A DNA stretch of 64,000 nucleotides from Convolutriloba macropyga (taxonomy: Eukaryota). A program made the translations under genes and the position numbers. Location: positions 32,364,001 through 32,428,000 of the forward strand of contig NC_134481.1 in the NCBI RefSeq assembly GCF_964194025.1. Direction: 5' to 3'. Shown here piece after piece: positions 31,747 to 44,400 of this stretch. The notes beneath the pieces were generated by a model. That model did not search any database and was not told the DNA's origin. It saw only the letters and a list, made by a program, of their open reading frames with translations. Numbering within the stretch: position 1 is the first letter of the stretch; each line of letters starts with the position of its first letter.

Positions 31747-34576
31747 TTTTTTTAGCACCCATAAAACATTCCTAAGCCACAACTCCTCTAGTTAAATTGC
31801 CACTGCTTGTCATTGGAGAGTAGTTCATCCGACGTTAGTCGGCTTATGTTTTTAGAGCATAAATACTTTTTTCAAACCAATCGTCTGATTTGTGTTCTTT
31901 ACCGAAAAACCATTATATTTGGTTGCATTTTTGAACGTTTGATTTGAGTCATCGGCATCTCCGTGTAAGCATGCAAGATTTTGACCAAATAATGCAAATA
32001 TCAGTTTTTTAAATTTCCGGAAATTTTATTTTCCAGCAAAAAGAACTTTTGATAGGACAATGTATCTCACTTTGCAAATGATTAAACGGTAGTTGAAGAG
32101 ATCAGTGCAACGTATACGGAAAGAGTTTGGGGACCTCCTCCACCTGACATGAACTTTTTCACAACTATGACAAATAATATTCTTTGTTTTCTCTTAAAAA
32201 AAGTTTGGTATAGACAGCTGCCAAAGTTACTAAAATTGCTAATTTTAAATGACTTGTTCAATTTCTAATAATTTCAGCTTGAATGCATGCAATGAGTGCA
32301 TAAACAACAATGGGGAAAGTCTTTTAATATGACAGAAAAAGTTAACAGGATTTCATTTGCAGGGTTTTTGTTTTAAAGGATTTTTTAAAGGATTAAGGTA
32401 AGACTTTCTGCAACCTTTTCTTTCAAATCGTTGGAATATAAGTCACTGCTCAAATTTGAAGGTCATAAATTCACGAAAGGGCAAAGATATTTGCAAAGAA
32501 CAATGAATCCAATGACAGATATCAGTATTCTGGGACCCTTTATTGTAATTTTGTCGTCAAGCACGAGCTTCTTTTTTTTCGATATAACTGAGGATACGCA
32601 TATGCAATAAATGAGTTGCACATTTTGAAATTTTGCTTGTTTGTAACGAGATGGCACAAATGTGCGACTGCGTAATACCGATACTCCTTATTGGGTTTTT
32701 AAAAATATCAATTTTTGCTTTGTTTGTTGGACGATAATTTCGTTTTCATGTAACACTCGTTACAATGGGCCAAAAGAATTATCAAAAGACGGGGTTGTTT
32801 GATAAACTAGATAAGTTTTGGTACAATTTGGACCAATTTACTGCTCATAATTGTAATCATAATGTTAACAGTCGAATAAGATGAAATAGAATAATTGTGT
32901 TTGATTTATAGAGAAGAAAGTTTCCTTAATTGAAGAATTATATTTTTCAAAAAGTATTTCTTTTTATCACTCTAATTATTTAGAACTTCCTCTGTGGTTG
33001 GGTACCTGAGATAAAGCGTTTCATTATATTTAAAACTTTTTTGAGCTTACTTTATTTGATTTCTGTCCTGTTTTCTGTAGTTTTTATGCGTTTTCGTGTT
33101 AGTTATTGGTCTGTTTTGTTGATTCTTTTAGGTTTGTCATTTTTTATTTTGAGATTTTAACCTTCTCGAGTTGTGATTGGTCCGAAATATTTTTTTGTTG
33201 GTTTTTTTGTGTTGCTTGCATGACCTTTTATTTTTAAATTTTTATACTAGTCAATTTTTAGTCTCATACTTACAATGTACAGAGTTTATATTCATCCCTT
33301 CAATGACCTACCCAACAAGCAGTAGAACGTTCAAGGAAAAATGAGTGGAGCTAAAAGAACTTAATAAATCGATGAGGCCTGGTCTTTAATTAAAAGTTTT
33401 TCAATCGGTAATAAAGCGCAGTTAACGTTTCATTTTAATGGCTAACGGTTTTTGGATACTACAAGACTTTTTTACGCTACAACGGCTGCTATTTTGAGCA
33501 GCACAACTCAATTCTGCGTTTTGTGTTGTTCCTTAACGTTTTTCAATTTTATTGAAACAATTTTAAAGAGTATCTTTTCAGTCAAATTTTGAATAAAGCA
33601 TAATGAAACTGGTTGTTTTGTAATATTTCGGTGTTTTTGCTGTTGAAGTTGACGTGAATTTTTGGCTTTTTTCTAAACGGATTATGATGAAATTTTGATA
33701 ATCCTAGAGCCCCTTATTTTCATTTTGCTTGTTTCTTCAAAGAGTAACTTTATGGGATGAACTATTTAATTTAAAAAATCACTGTTAATTAGCTCGTATT
33801 TGAACCTAAAATTTGATTTTCGCGACATCTTTTTCTGTATTGTTTTTACTTGTAGTGAGCATTTCGTCAATTCCAGTGGTTTCATGAAAATCAAAAATAG
33901 CTTCTAAAAAATATCAAGGAAATGGGAGAACACATTTCCGCGGCATCGTTTGAACTGACTTCACGCTTTTATATTTTTCCGGTAAATTAACCAGGCTATT
34001 GTACGTAATTATAATAGGAACTGTGACGTAACTATTCTTTTTCCGATTTGATTGTTTTGAAATTCGCTCCGCATTTTAAATAATTTTGTGTGTCCATTCA
34101 TTGAGAAGAAAACAGTCTGTTGATAAGTAATTTATGGCGGTAATAATTAGTGGTCTCTCCACATAATGTTTCTTTCTTCATCATGGTGAACATTGCAACT
34201 TTTCCTCGTTCATAATTTTTCTGCTGAAATGACAATAAACTGCTATTGAACATCTATTTAAAATTGAGTTTTGATGTCAGTCGCCTCACTTTTATAGGGC
34301 CCGAAAAAGAGATTTGCATTGGAACTTTTAACCATGCCGAGTGTATTTTGAGTTTTGAATCCTAATTTTAGTCCAAGACCAGATTCTGCAAAATTGAGTT
34401 ATGAGATTATGCACTTTTTCTTAAAATCTTTTCAAATGAAATCACAAATGACATCATCAGAAGTTTTGAAGGTCAGCTTACATTGGCAAAGACATGGCCA
34501 AGCTAATAAAGTGCCATATTCAGAGGTCTTCTCTGTACTTTCTAGGGGTGATTGATATTTTTCAGACTAGTTAGCC

Positions 34577-34728
34577 ATGCTGAGACAGATCATTAACAGG
34601 CCTGTGAGCTTGAGTGTGCTTGTTAGTAATAGCAGCTGCTGCAGTGTCAGTGTAAGTGGTACTGCTGTGAGACGACAGCCTTTTCACGTGTCATCAGTGA
34701 GCAGGGTGGATGACGCGGGTGCTATCAA
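34577..34728 (+). CDS. ATP5IF1: ATPase inhibitor IF1 coding exon 1 (mitochondrial presequence and start of inhibitory region)
   Basis: gccATG; MLRQIINRPVSLSVLVSNSSCCSVSVSGTAVRRQPFHVSSVSRVDDAGAI (R/S-rich, no acidic residue before DD); donor AA|GTTAGT phase 2 joins exon 2 to give AGAIKDAGGA; too short to appear in the ORF track. Confidence 0.85.
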
Positions 34729-36679
34729 GTTAGTATGTCATATTGCATAATGCTAGAGCTAGCATAGCTTTTGGTCATTTCCCACGATAGTCCACCTGCA
34801 TCAGCAGCATAAATGGTATAGAGTATATAGACCTGACTAGCCTGCAATCTGTCTGAAAATAAACTGTAGACCATTTTTGTGGGTGTCGGTTGAACATTTT
34901 TACTCCTACAAAATATGTTGGCGTCTGTTACGGCATGGGGCCGATTTTAATAAATAAAGTTGTAATCTATGATTTCAACGGTGTTAAATTGTTGACTTTC
35001 ACTGTCTGGCGTTTGTGCATAAATGCTAGCATCTGATATGAGTAAGGGCAAGATTGGTTCCATATCAAATAAATGGATTTATTGAAAAAGACTTGTGAAA
35101 TCTGATCGAAACGAAACAGAAAGAATCTCATTACAAACGTAGAACTATCGCTAATGCAGTAAAATGGTACTTAACAATACAGCAAAACGGTTTTTTTGCT
35201 ACTTAGCAGCTATCAAAAAAGACTAATAAGGCTGTATGAGTTGAAATTTTGAACTTAGATTTAATTTTTTTATTAACCTTGGTGTCGCCGTCTCCTAAAA
35301 GCAAAACTATACAACTTTCTTTTACTTAATCCCAGAGACAGAGCGAAAACAATCATTTCCAATTAATTTGAAAAGAGCCAAACTTAACTTAGCTTTACAT
35401 CTTCAATTTAAAATCTTGCGGAAAAACTGAGTTTTGCTAATATTTTTAAATGTTAATGTCCCCAAATCACAAAGTCATTAACTAAAAGCCATTAAGTAAC
35501 ACAACTCGACTCAATTGTGGAAGTCCCCTTTTTGAGGTGTTTTTCTATTGAGTGTCTTTAATTGAGTGTCATCTCTTGACTGGTCCATCTGTTATAAATG
35601 TGCCTATTTGCCATATCCTAATCTCTCAACGGGCAGCTAATGCTTTTTCATAACGTTGACACTGTTTTTTGTCATAAAATGTTTGACTTAAGAAAATAGT
35701 AGATTTTTGTCTTTAGCCCTATTTTTTATGTTTTGTTGGGTTATCATTTGTGATGGGTGTCATCGGGGTCTAATGAAGCATAAATAGCGCGAATTAATAG
35801 TTGCAATTCGTAGCTATTGCTTTCTGACTTAGCCGCTATTTTTTTTTAAAAAATATTGGTAGTTTTTAGTTTTGCCGCCTGTTTGTTCTTTTTTGTCCTA
35901 TCAATTTCTATTGATAGTTTTGATGGTTTATTATTGAAGCATAATTTAAACTAATTAATGGTTCATAATTCGTGGTTTTCATGACTTGGACAGTATTTGT
36001 TTTCTAAAATTCAGCGAATTTTGGAGTTTTTCCCCATTTTTATTTTTTTACTTTGTTTTATGGCCTAGTGTCATTAATGACAATTGTAGTCAGTTGCTAA
36101 GGAACCATAATTGAATCTAGTTTTTGACTTCAGCACATAGCAGAGGTTTTTATGATTTTTTTACTTATCAACTAACATTTTCTGAAAAGAAGTGAGTCTT
36201 GCCTCTTTTTCGCCTTTCTTGTGGTCTTTTTGCTTGGTTTGTTGCTAACAATATCACTTTCCTCATTGTACATGTAGTGCGGTGTGATTGTTGTCACTTT
36301 ATTGACTTAAGTTTTTAGGTGTTCTTTTCTTTAACTTAGATACCATTTGTTTTTGAAAACGTTTTTGAATCCTGCCTCTAATAACTTCATAAGTTGTATG
36401 TTATGCTATGATTAAGGGTTATGGCATTTAGCGTATTGTTTTTGATGACTCTTTCAAAAAGATTCTGATTTTGACCAGTTTTCTCGTTGCCTGCCATTAA
36501 CTTCTCTTGTGCTCCAATTTAAAAGTTCAATTCAGCATATCAAGTTAAATTAGAAAACTTTTGGACACTTAAAGAATATCAAGATTTCACCAATTTTTCT
36601 TCCTGGAGTGTTTCAATCCCATCGTCAATCAGTGGGGTCAACAGCCGCTTGTTTCGGGCGATCTGCCAGCTATGTGATT

Positions 36680-37012
36680 AATTTCTCTCAAAACAAAGTT
36701 TGGCAATTATATTAGTACTGTTGGTCTTTTTCTGCAATTTTTCCTAGTACTGACTTTTCGTTTCATGGTTAAGAGTTTGGATGGTTAAGAGTTTGACACC
36801 CACTCTACACCCATAAACGCAGCCTATCGCTTTCTCCCCCTCGTCCACTCATGCACCCCATTCTACACTAAACCTTGCACGCTCAAACCAGACGCCACAC
36901 TCCGCTGACCCCATGCTGCACCTCTCCCCTCAATTAAGGTTAAGTTAGCCTCTCTAAATTGCGGCTTGGTACTGGTGTAGTCAACCGCTCATCAGTCATT
37001 TGTAAGCAAATT
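36680..37012 (+). mobile_element. Family A element copy (degenerate) in the IF1 intron
   Basis: aatttctctcaaaacaaagtttggcaattatattag start; C-rich centre. Confidence 0.5.
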
Positions 37013-37320
37013 GCCTGTGATGTCGCCACTTATGTGTAGAAGTTGTATATGTGTAAAAGTAACCATTTATTCTCTTTACTATGTACTATGAACTCTTTAG
37101 ACTTGTCATTAATCACACTGTGGATTTTGCTGACTTCAGAAAAAATTTTCTTGGATAGTTAAATTTGTGGGGAAAAATACTAAGGAGAGTCTATGCATCC
37201 GAAATGTGGACTTAAATTACATTTTTCTGTTCGATACAATTCCACGCGTGAATTTAATTGGAATCCACGCTATATCAAATTTGACTCATTTTTGTGTTCA
37301 GCTAATCAGTTAAAAAAGAA

Positions 37321-37743
37321 TATAACCAACTAACATCAGAAAAATTGCTCTCAAACGACCGGCGAGAGGCTGGCTGGTTTAGGGAGGCTAGCTTAAGCTT
37401 AATTGAAGGGGCGGGGTTGGCGACGGGTTATGGGTGTGATGGGGGTGTGGTGGGGGCGTGAATTGGGGTTGTTGGGGGGGGGGGGGGGTGGTTTGAAAGA
37501 AAAATGTGCGAGGTGGTCAAACGCTAAGAACCGCTCTTCACACGAGTTTATGTCTCCAAAACAGTTCCCTGTAAATCCACTAGTAATCCGAAAGGCTCTA
37601 ACATTTAAATGCTCTCTTAGTTTTCCTGTTTATCTCGTTTTTGAGTACGAAAAGTTAAAAAGATCAGACAAAAAATCGGCCAAGCGGAAAATTGCATGAA
37701 AAAGACTGACGGACTAATATAATTGGTAAATTTGAGAGCAATT
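37321..37743 (-). mobile_element. Family A element copy, reverse orientation, in the IF1 intron
   Basis: aattgctctcaaac (37343) ... tttgagagcaatt (37743); G-rich centre. Confidence 0.62.
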
Positions 37744-38346
37744 GAAAATTACTGTAGAGCTGTAAACTTCTATCTGGTAAGATGGAAACCGATTAACCAA
37801 AAAATGGTTGGTCTTAATTGTTTCAAAAACTTAAGACGAACCCGGGATATTTGTGGGCATTTCAAGTTAATAAATTTTCTTCCACACTGTGGTGACCCTT
37901 TGATTCGTAGCACTTCGATAGTTTCAAGTCTTAATTCTTAGATTTGTTTTGGATTCTACGAGCGTGTGGACTTCACTTATGTGAATCGTGAACAGCTTTT
38001 AGGTAATTTTTCAAATAGAAATTCAAGTGGTCATTTTTTTCATTTGGGTGAGCTGTACCTAAAGTTTGCAAGTAAAGTTCACATTTTTGTAATTGAAATC
38101 ACACCATAAAGCTCAAAATTGCCGGTTATTTTAGAGTATATGCTACCTGGTAATGCTTCAAAGGAACATGAAATTCATGAGTAGTTTTTAATCAGTTTCT
38201 ATTTTCACTACGGTAGTATAATGTCTGCCTGCATCCGGAAATTTGGTAATGGTAATTTTGCCTAAGTTGCATTTGCTAAAAATAATACTTTTCGTTTCCC
38301 GTCGGTTTAAGATTGCCCGCTTAAATAATTAAAGACATCTTTGAAG

Positions 38347-38557
38347 GGACGCCGGAGGGGCGATGGCGAAAAAAGGACAGAGCCACGAGGATCAGTACTA
38401 CCGGAAGATTCAGGCTGAACAGCTGAAGAAACTGAAGAGCCAACACAAGGACCACATCCAGAATGCCCAGCAGGAGATCAAACGACTCCAATCTATCATC
38501 GACAGACACAAGGAAGACATCGAGGAACTAGAAACGGAGGAGAATGACCTCAAGTAA
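38347..38557 (+). CDS. ATP5IF1: ATPase inhibitor IF1 coding exon 2 (inhibitory helix and coiled coil); spliced protein 120 aa
   Basis: DAGGAMAKKGQSHEDQYYRKIQAEQLKKLKSQHKDHIQNAQQEIKRLQSIIDRHK resembles EAGGAFGKREQAEEERYFR..EQLAALKKHH..EIERLQKEIERHK; acceptor aag ending 38346; stop at 38555-38557. Confidence 0.9.
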
Positions 38558-38762
38558 ACAACAGAAGTAAACAAACACCTAAACGTCACCCACTTGTTTA
38601 ATCTAACTAACAGAGATTCGATATTGTATTGGTGATGCCACGTAAGATGATACTTGATAACGTTGCTGTGTTGCATATACGTTGATAGGAATTCATTAAT
38701 GACTTTAAACACTAACTTTCAGTTATATCATTAAGGTAACTTGTCTATTTTATTACTGGAGA

Positions 38763-38768
38763 AATAAA
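38763..38768 (+). promoter_or_regulatory. Probable polyadenylation signal of IF1
   Basis: AATAAA about 205 nt after the stop codon, followed by T-rich sequence. Confidence 0.55.
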
Positions 38769-41153
38769 AATTAAGCGCCAGATTTTTGAAATTGACTGCT
38801 TTTAAGTTTTAAAAGAATGATCGTTTTTTTTTTCTGATTGTGGGAAAGTTTGTTTCTGAAAATAATAAGGTTACTGATTTGACTAAAATTAATGGGCGCC
38901 TTGAGGATTATTTGGAAAAGTTATAATATAGTGAAATCGTATTGTGAGGATTGTATTGAAGTTTTTACCCAACTGACCAATAGTTACTGATTTTTACTAA
39001 AAATGAGAAATTCATTAATGCCTTCTGAGACCATTAGTCGTGCGTTCATTGGCATCCGATGGAAAAGTCATCACGTTTTAAAGATGTGTAATATCTGTAG
39101 GTTTCCTTTTCTAACAATGATTTCATTTTCATCTAAGCATATAATTTTTTCACTCCTTAATTTCACGAATCTTTTCTTGTATTCTGATCATCTAAGTCTG
39201 ATCATGGTCTTGTGAAGTAATTTCAATTGTTCATGTGTTTGCTATGAACAAAGGGAAATTTCATTATTTCACTGTTTTGTAATCTCGAATGTGTACCTGA
39301 AAAATTGATGATTCGTTAAATTAGAAATGAAAACAGATAATAAATGATTGGAAAAGAAAAGAGGGAGTAATTGTGTTTTTTCCTCTCTGTTTCCACCTCT
39401 ATTCAGCACCAGCTCGTTAGTTGCTTTTGTCTCTGATTTCTTTCCTTAAATCAAAAGAGAGGCCTTACTAAATAAGGAAGCTGACTTTTGTGTCCAATAT
39501 CCGTGCCTCCTCTCCTTCTGTTTTTCCTCTTTTTACCTCAATTGCTTCGCCTCTCTATTCCATCCAAAGCGAGGGAATAAACACAAATTGTAAACTCAAT
39601 CTCACTTCAATCCAGTGAAAGCTTTGCTCTGTTCATTCCCCCCAAAAAATTATCCCAAATTTTCCTGTTCCCTATCATAAGGTATATACGCCCCTATGGA
39701 ACAGACAAACATGTATTACCCCAGTGTACTTACTTCAAGGAGGAAAACGTACAGACCATATCTATATGATAGCTTTCTGTGTAAATTCACCGCTTACTGA
39801 CTTAGTTGCTTTTCCTTTCATGTGAAGGGTTACGGGGCTCTTGACGTCATTAGGTAATTGAGGCTAAATGTTATGACTAGCGTGTTAACATATATAATAA
39901 ATGAAAGGAACATACGTGTACTCTAACTAGCTCTAATTAGATCCCCGATTAGAGGAAATGCATATTGAAGGTTCCTTGCTCGAAGGTTCAACAGTAGAAT
40001 TCTACTCTGCTGAAGGGGAATGCTTCAATTCAGCTCCGTATCCTTTTTCCATGTTTTTTGAGCCACTAGTAAAAATTGTGTGTGCCATCTTTTCTGAAAT
40101 CTGCTTAGAGGATTAGAGAAAATTAAGGAGCTCTGAGGAGAAAGCTATTCTTTAAGAATGGATCATATTACAGCTTTTTGCCTGGTACGTATAAGGTTAG
40201 TGTCCGCTTGTCTCCGCAAAAGAAGCGGCAACAGTAATGAACAAACCTGAGCATTATAAATGAGAAAGAATGCTATTAGCGAGAGAAAAATCTTGAGGAT
40301 TTGGCAAATTTCAAACAATGCGCAAAACAGGATCCGAAAGTTTTGTTCTACAAAAGCGACCAACTCTACGACTGCAATGTGCGTGAAACTTATTTGGAAC
40401 GGTTCCAAAACAACTTTCAAAGCTAACTAAGCAACGAAGTTCATTTCAATTGTAAAACACGGCTAGATTTAGATCCTCTTTATCACGTAGCGCATAAATC
40501 TCTCTGCCGTGGGGGACATAGAACTAGCACGGAGGCGCCTCATTTCAGGTCACAAAGTCCCTGGGGCCACACCGTAAGATTTATGTTGCCGTACGATTCA
40601 TATAAGATCAATATGGAACACGCTGTCAAATTGGATGAACGTAGCTTTCAGTAGATAATGGCTTTTTTCGGACGCAATATTACCTCGTACTTCTAAAAAA
40701 CCATGTCCAGTTAGAAAAAAAGCCATGAGAACTGCACAGATACATTCCCATATATGGATGAAAGAGGGTGAGACTTGTATCGGTTGTTACACTTTAAAAC
40801 GAAATTGAAAAAAAAAAATCAGATTTATTCCTTTGTACGCAATAAAGCATCTTGTAGCTTTATTTAAAAAAGCGTGCAACTTTAATAGGAACTTTCTCAT
40901 TGGAACTACAGTAAAACAAAATGATTTGATATTCCTTCTTATAATTGAAGATCAGTGTTTCTCCACAAAATGTTGGAATAGACACAAAATGGCCAGTCAA
41001 AACGGAAGCTGTCTCAAGTGTTTGCTCCATTTTTGCCAAGCTACTATGTTACGAACAACCATTGAGTTAGTAATGTCAAGTAAGAATTTTGACAGATAAC
41101 AAGATTGCTTCCCCGAGATACGAGAACATCTGTACAAGAGGTCGTTTCAATTT

Positions 41154-41442
41154 AATTATTCTCGAACGAATCTTGTACTAAATATATTAGGCCTGTGATC
41201 TTCTTTAATGCGATGTTTTGCTGGGCCGAATTTTTTCTGACCCTTTTAAACTTTCGTCCTCAAAAACGGGATAAAAGTTAAAACCTGGACATTAAATGGC
41301 CGAGCTGCTCTTTTATGTTTTAACTAGACTAAAAGTAAGAGATTCACCGCAATCGTTGAAGACAATTTCTTGCAATGAATGGTAGCTCTTAATCCTAAAA
41401 TGTTGACCCCCTCAGACAGTCAACCTCAATCGAGCTTGAGAA
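41154..41442 (+). mobile_element. Family A element copy (shortened)
   Basis: aattattctcgaacgaa start; cgtcctcaaaaacgggataaa core. Confidence 0.5.
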
Positions 41443-44400
41443 CTTTTTTGTTGTCACACAATTAAAACTTTTAAAAACTAGTAGACGTAAATTTGTGAAT
41501 GAAACTTTTCAAATTTGCAATTACAGGCGTTGCACAGCTTGAATTTTTGTCAATAGCATAATTACTCCTATCAAAATTAAGGGAAAATGTTTCAATTTTT
41601 AAAAAAAATACCTACAAATCAGTTCAACAATAAACTAATTGAAACGTTGAACTGAACAAGAGACCTACCAGCAAGCAAATAAATTGCTAAAATTTAATTT
41701 TTCTGAAGCACATCTCAAATCGCTAAATGTACCAGACAAACACACCGAAAGTCCAAAGCTACGGGTTTGGTCTATTATTAAAAAGCCAATTGTGAAACGA
41801 ATAATTTAGATGTTTTGGATGAAAACATTTATTCAATTGTCGTGACTGAGAGGTATTAGTAAGTGAAAATCGGTCGATACTGCCCTCTGTTTTTTGAAAA
41901 TTTTGGATACATTAATTTGGTAATGTTTACCGACTAAAGTCGCAAGAACTGTTCATGAGTCTTGTGATTGCTCGAAACTATTGAAGCCTGAATTAGGGGG
42001 CCAAAAAAATTGTTGCAAAAGAGACAAAGACTTTTACAAATGCTGCTCCAAACTTCGTTCAAGGGCAATTAAAAGTTAGAGTAGAACATATTAACTGATT
42101 GCAATTTTATTCGAGTTGATGCAAATTTTAGGTAAATGTGTGAAACTAATTCCAAGCACTATCTAATCAAAATCTACATATGTTGCAATCATCCAAAAAT
42201 GATTTTAATGGCAAAAAAAAGTAGATCGCTAGAAATGAAGAGCTCGGACAACTTAAGCCAAGTCATTTTTAATTAACGTATTGTGCTTAACCAATTTTAA
42301 ATTAGTTTCTCTGAAAGATTCTCAGGATTGGTTTTGTTCAATTTTGTTTGCATGGAAAAAGTTTTGCTTGCCTCTTTTAATAGAGAAACAGAATGTTATA
42401 ACATCGTGAATTGTTTTTGAGCTTCCAGCTTAAATTGAAAACAGAATTATAAGGTAAAAAAACTAATTGGACTATAGATTTTCCTTCGAATGAAAACTTT
42501 TTGCACCCATTCTGTATCAAAGGACAATTCCTGAAAAACAAATCCAAAGGACATGTCATGAAAAACAATCCAACAAATTGAAAGAAAAACCTAAAACTAC
42601 TGTACCTGATCAGCTGACCAATTGAAAAACGCCAATCAAACAGATAAACGTGGTTTCAAAAACTTTTTAAGTTCAGACTATTGAATGACACGAGAATCGT
42701 TAGAATATGTAGAAAAGAGAAAAAATTTGGCAAATGCAAGAACCTGTTTTTTAATATCAGATGCAATCAGACAGGTACAACAACCAATAGAATATAAAAT
42801 AAAAGTAGAAAAAGAAAATTTCGCCGTAGCTCTCTGCTGTTAGGATCTCCGCAACAAGATTTGCAGTGTTTAATGTTACTCATAAATGCAGAACAGAGCT
42901 CATTTTTTTGCTGACTTGATTCCAGAAAAATTAAATTTTGCTGAATCAAATTTTGACGCAATTCAAATTGGAATCGACGTAAATTTTTTTATTTCTTCAA
43001 ACTTAGGGCTTCAAAACTTTTTTCTGGCTGAAATCTGCAGAACAAATAACTTGCAATCTAACAAAATCAAGTTGCACTTATAAGCGACACACAGAAGCAA
43101 AGATTTGAATTAACATTTGAACATGTTGAAAATTTTAAATTTTCAAAAATGTATAAAAATCAAAGAAAAGATGCAACAAGGAAAACTTTTTGACGTTATT
43201 GTTCAAAATTCCAAGTTTATACCACTGAAATCTAGGCATTGATCCATGAATAAGATTTGAAAGAGCATCGTCAGCCTCCAGAGATTGAAATTTTCTAAAA
43301 AAATGACAAACATTAAAAAAAAAATCAAAACTTGCAAACTTGAGTAAAAATGTTGCCAAAGATCTATCTTGATATCATTGTTTTAAAAACCATTTCAAAA
43401 ACATCAAAACTAAGCAGTAACATGTCATCTAGCATTTAACCGCTTAACTAGCCCTTAAATATTAAAAAAAGAGAAACGATAAGAATGCAAGTTTTTTTTA
43501 TCTCTCCAAAACACATTCAAACGCTCATCTTTAAGTTCAGACAAAGTTTTGTTTCCCCGAAAGAAAGATCGATCAATGAAATTAGACAAATTTTGCATAC
43601 TTAAGTTTAAATATTTTGCATTACTAGGACATTTTTTGTTTAAATTTGGCAAAAAAACATTACATCTTGCAAAAGACCTTTATCAACGTGGGCAAATATG
43701 ATTTTGAGACTGAAAAATTGAGAAAAATAACAAAGAATGCAATAAAAAATTCCACCAATTTGAGCTCAAAAACTCCTATAAATATACTTGTCACCTTGAA
43801 TTTGGGTCTTCTCAGCAGTTTTAATAGCAGAACAATAGGCATCTAAAAAACTACGAGGACAAGCTAAGGGCCTCAAATGAAGACTGAGAGACAAAGTCAA
43901 AAGACAGGAAACAAATTTGACAAAACTTGCATTTAGGATGTCATTAAGAAAAAATAGGATCATTGTCAATGACACACTTTAATTCTTCAACACCTATCGA
44001 ACTATCGGTAGTTAGAAAACATAAATCAATTAAAATGAAACTGATGTGGGCACCACGCAACAAAAGGAGCAACAACTCTAGGTAGCAATAAGAAGTTCAA
44101 AATTTTTGAAAACATGGTGTCTAAGTCAATAAAAAGTTAGCGAAAAATCGAACGTTTAAGTGGTTCAATTATGCTTAGGTAGAAAGCAAACGAGACAGAG
44201 TTATACAGAAAGTGAAGAGGAAACAGCGAGAACAGAAGACAAATAACCACAAATAGAAGACAAGCAGCCGAAAGTTGTAAAAATGTCAGATCAGCAATGC
44301 AATCCAATTATTACATTGAAAAAAGTGGAAGGTGCTTAATTAAATGATCAATAGCACAACCGGACAAAATCTTTTTTTGGAAGTTTTTAATTGAATTAAT

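Noticed and set aside
40163-40420. Hydrophobic minus-strand ORF as a further channel exon
   Set aside because: No Nav motif, lies downstream of the identified stop exon, no convincing splice pair
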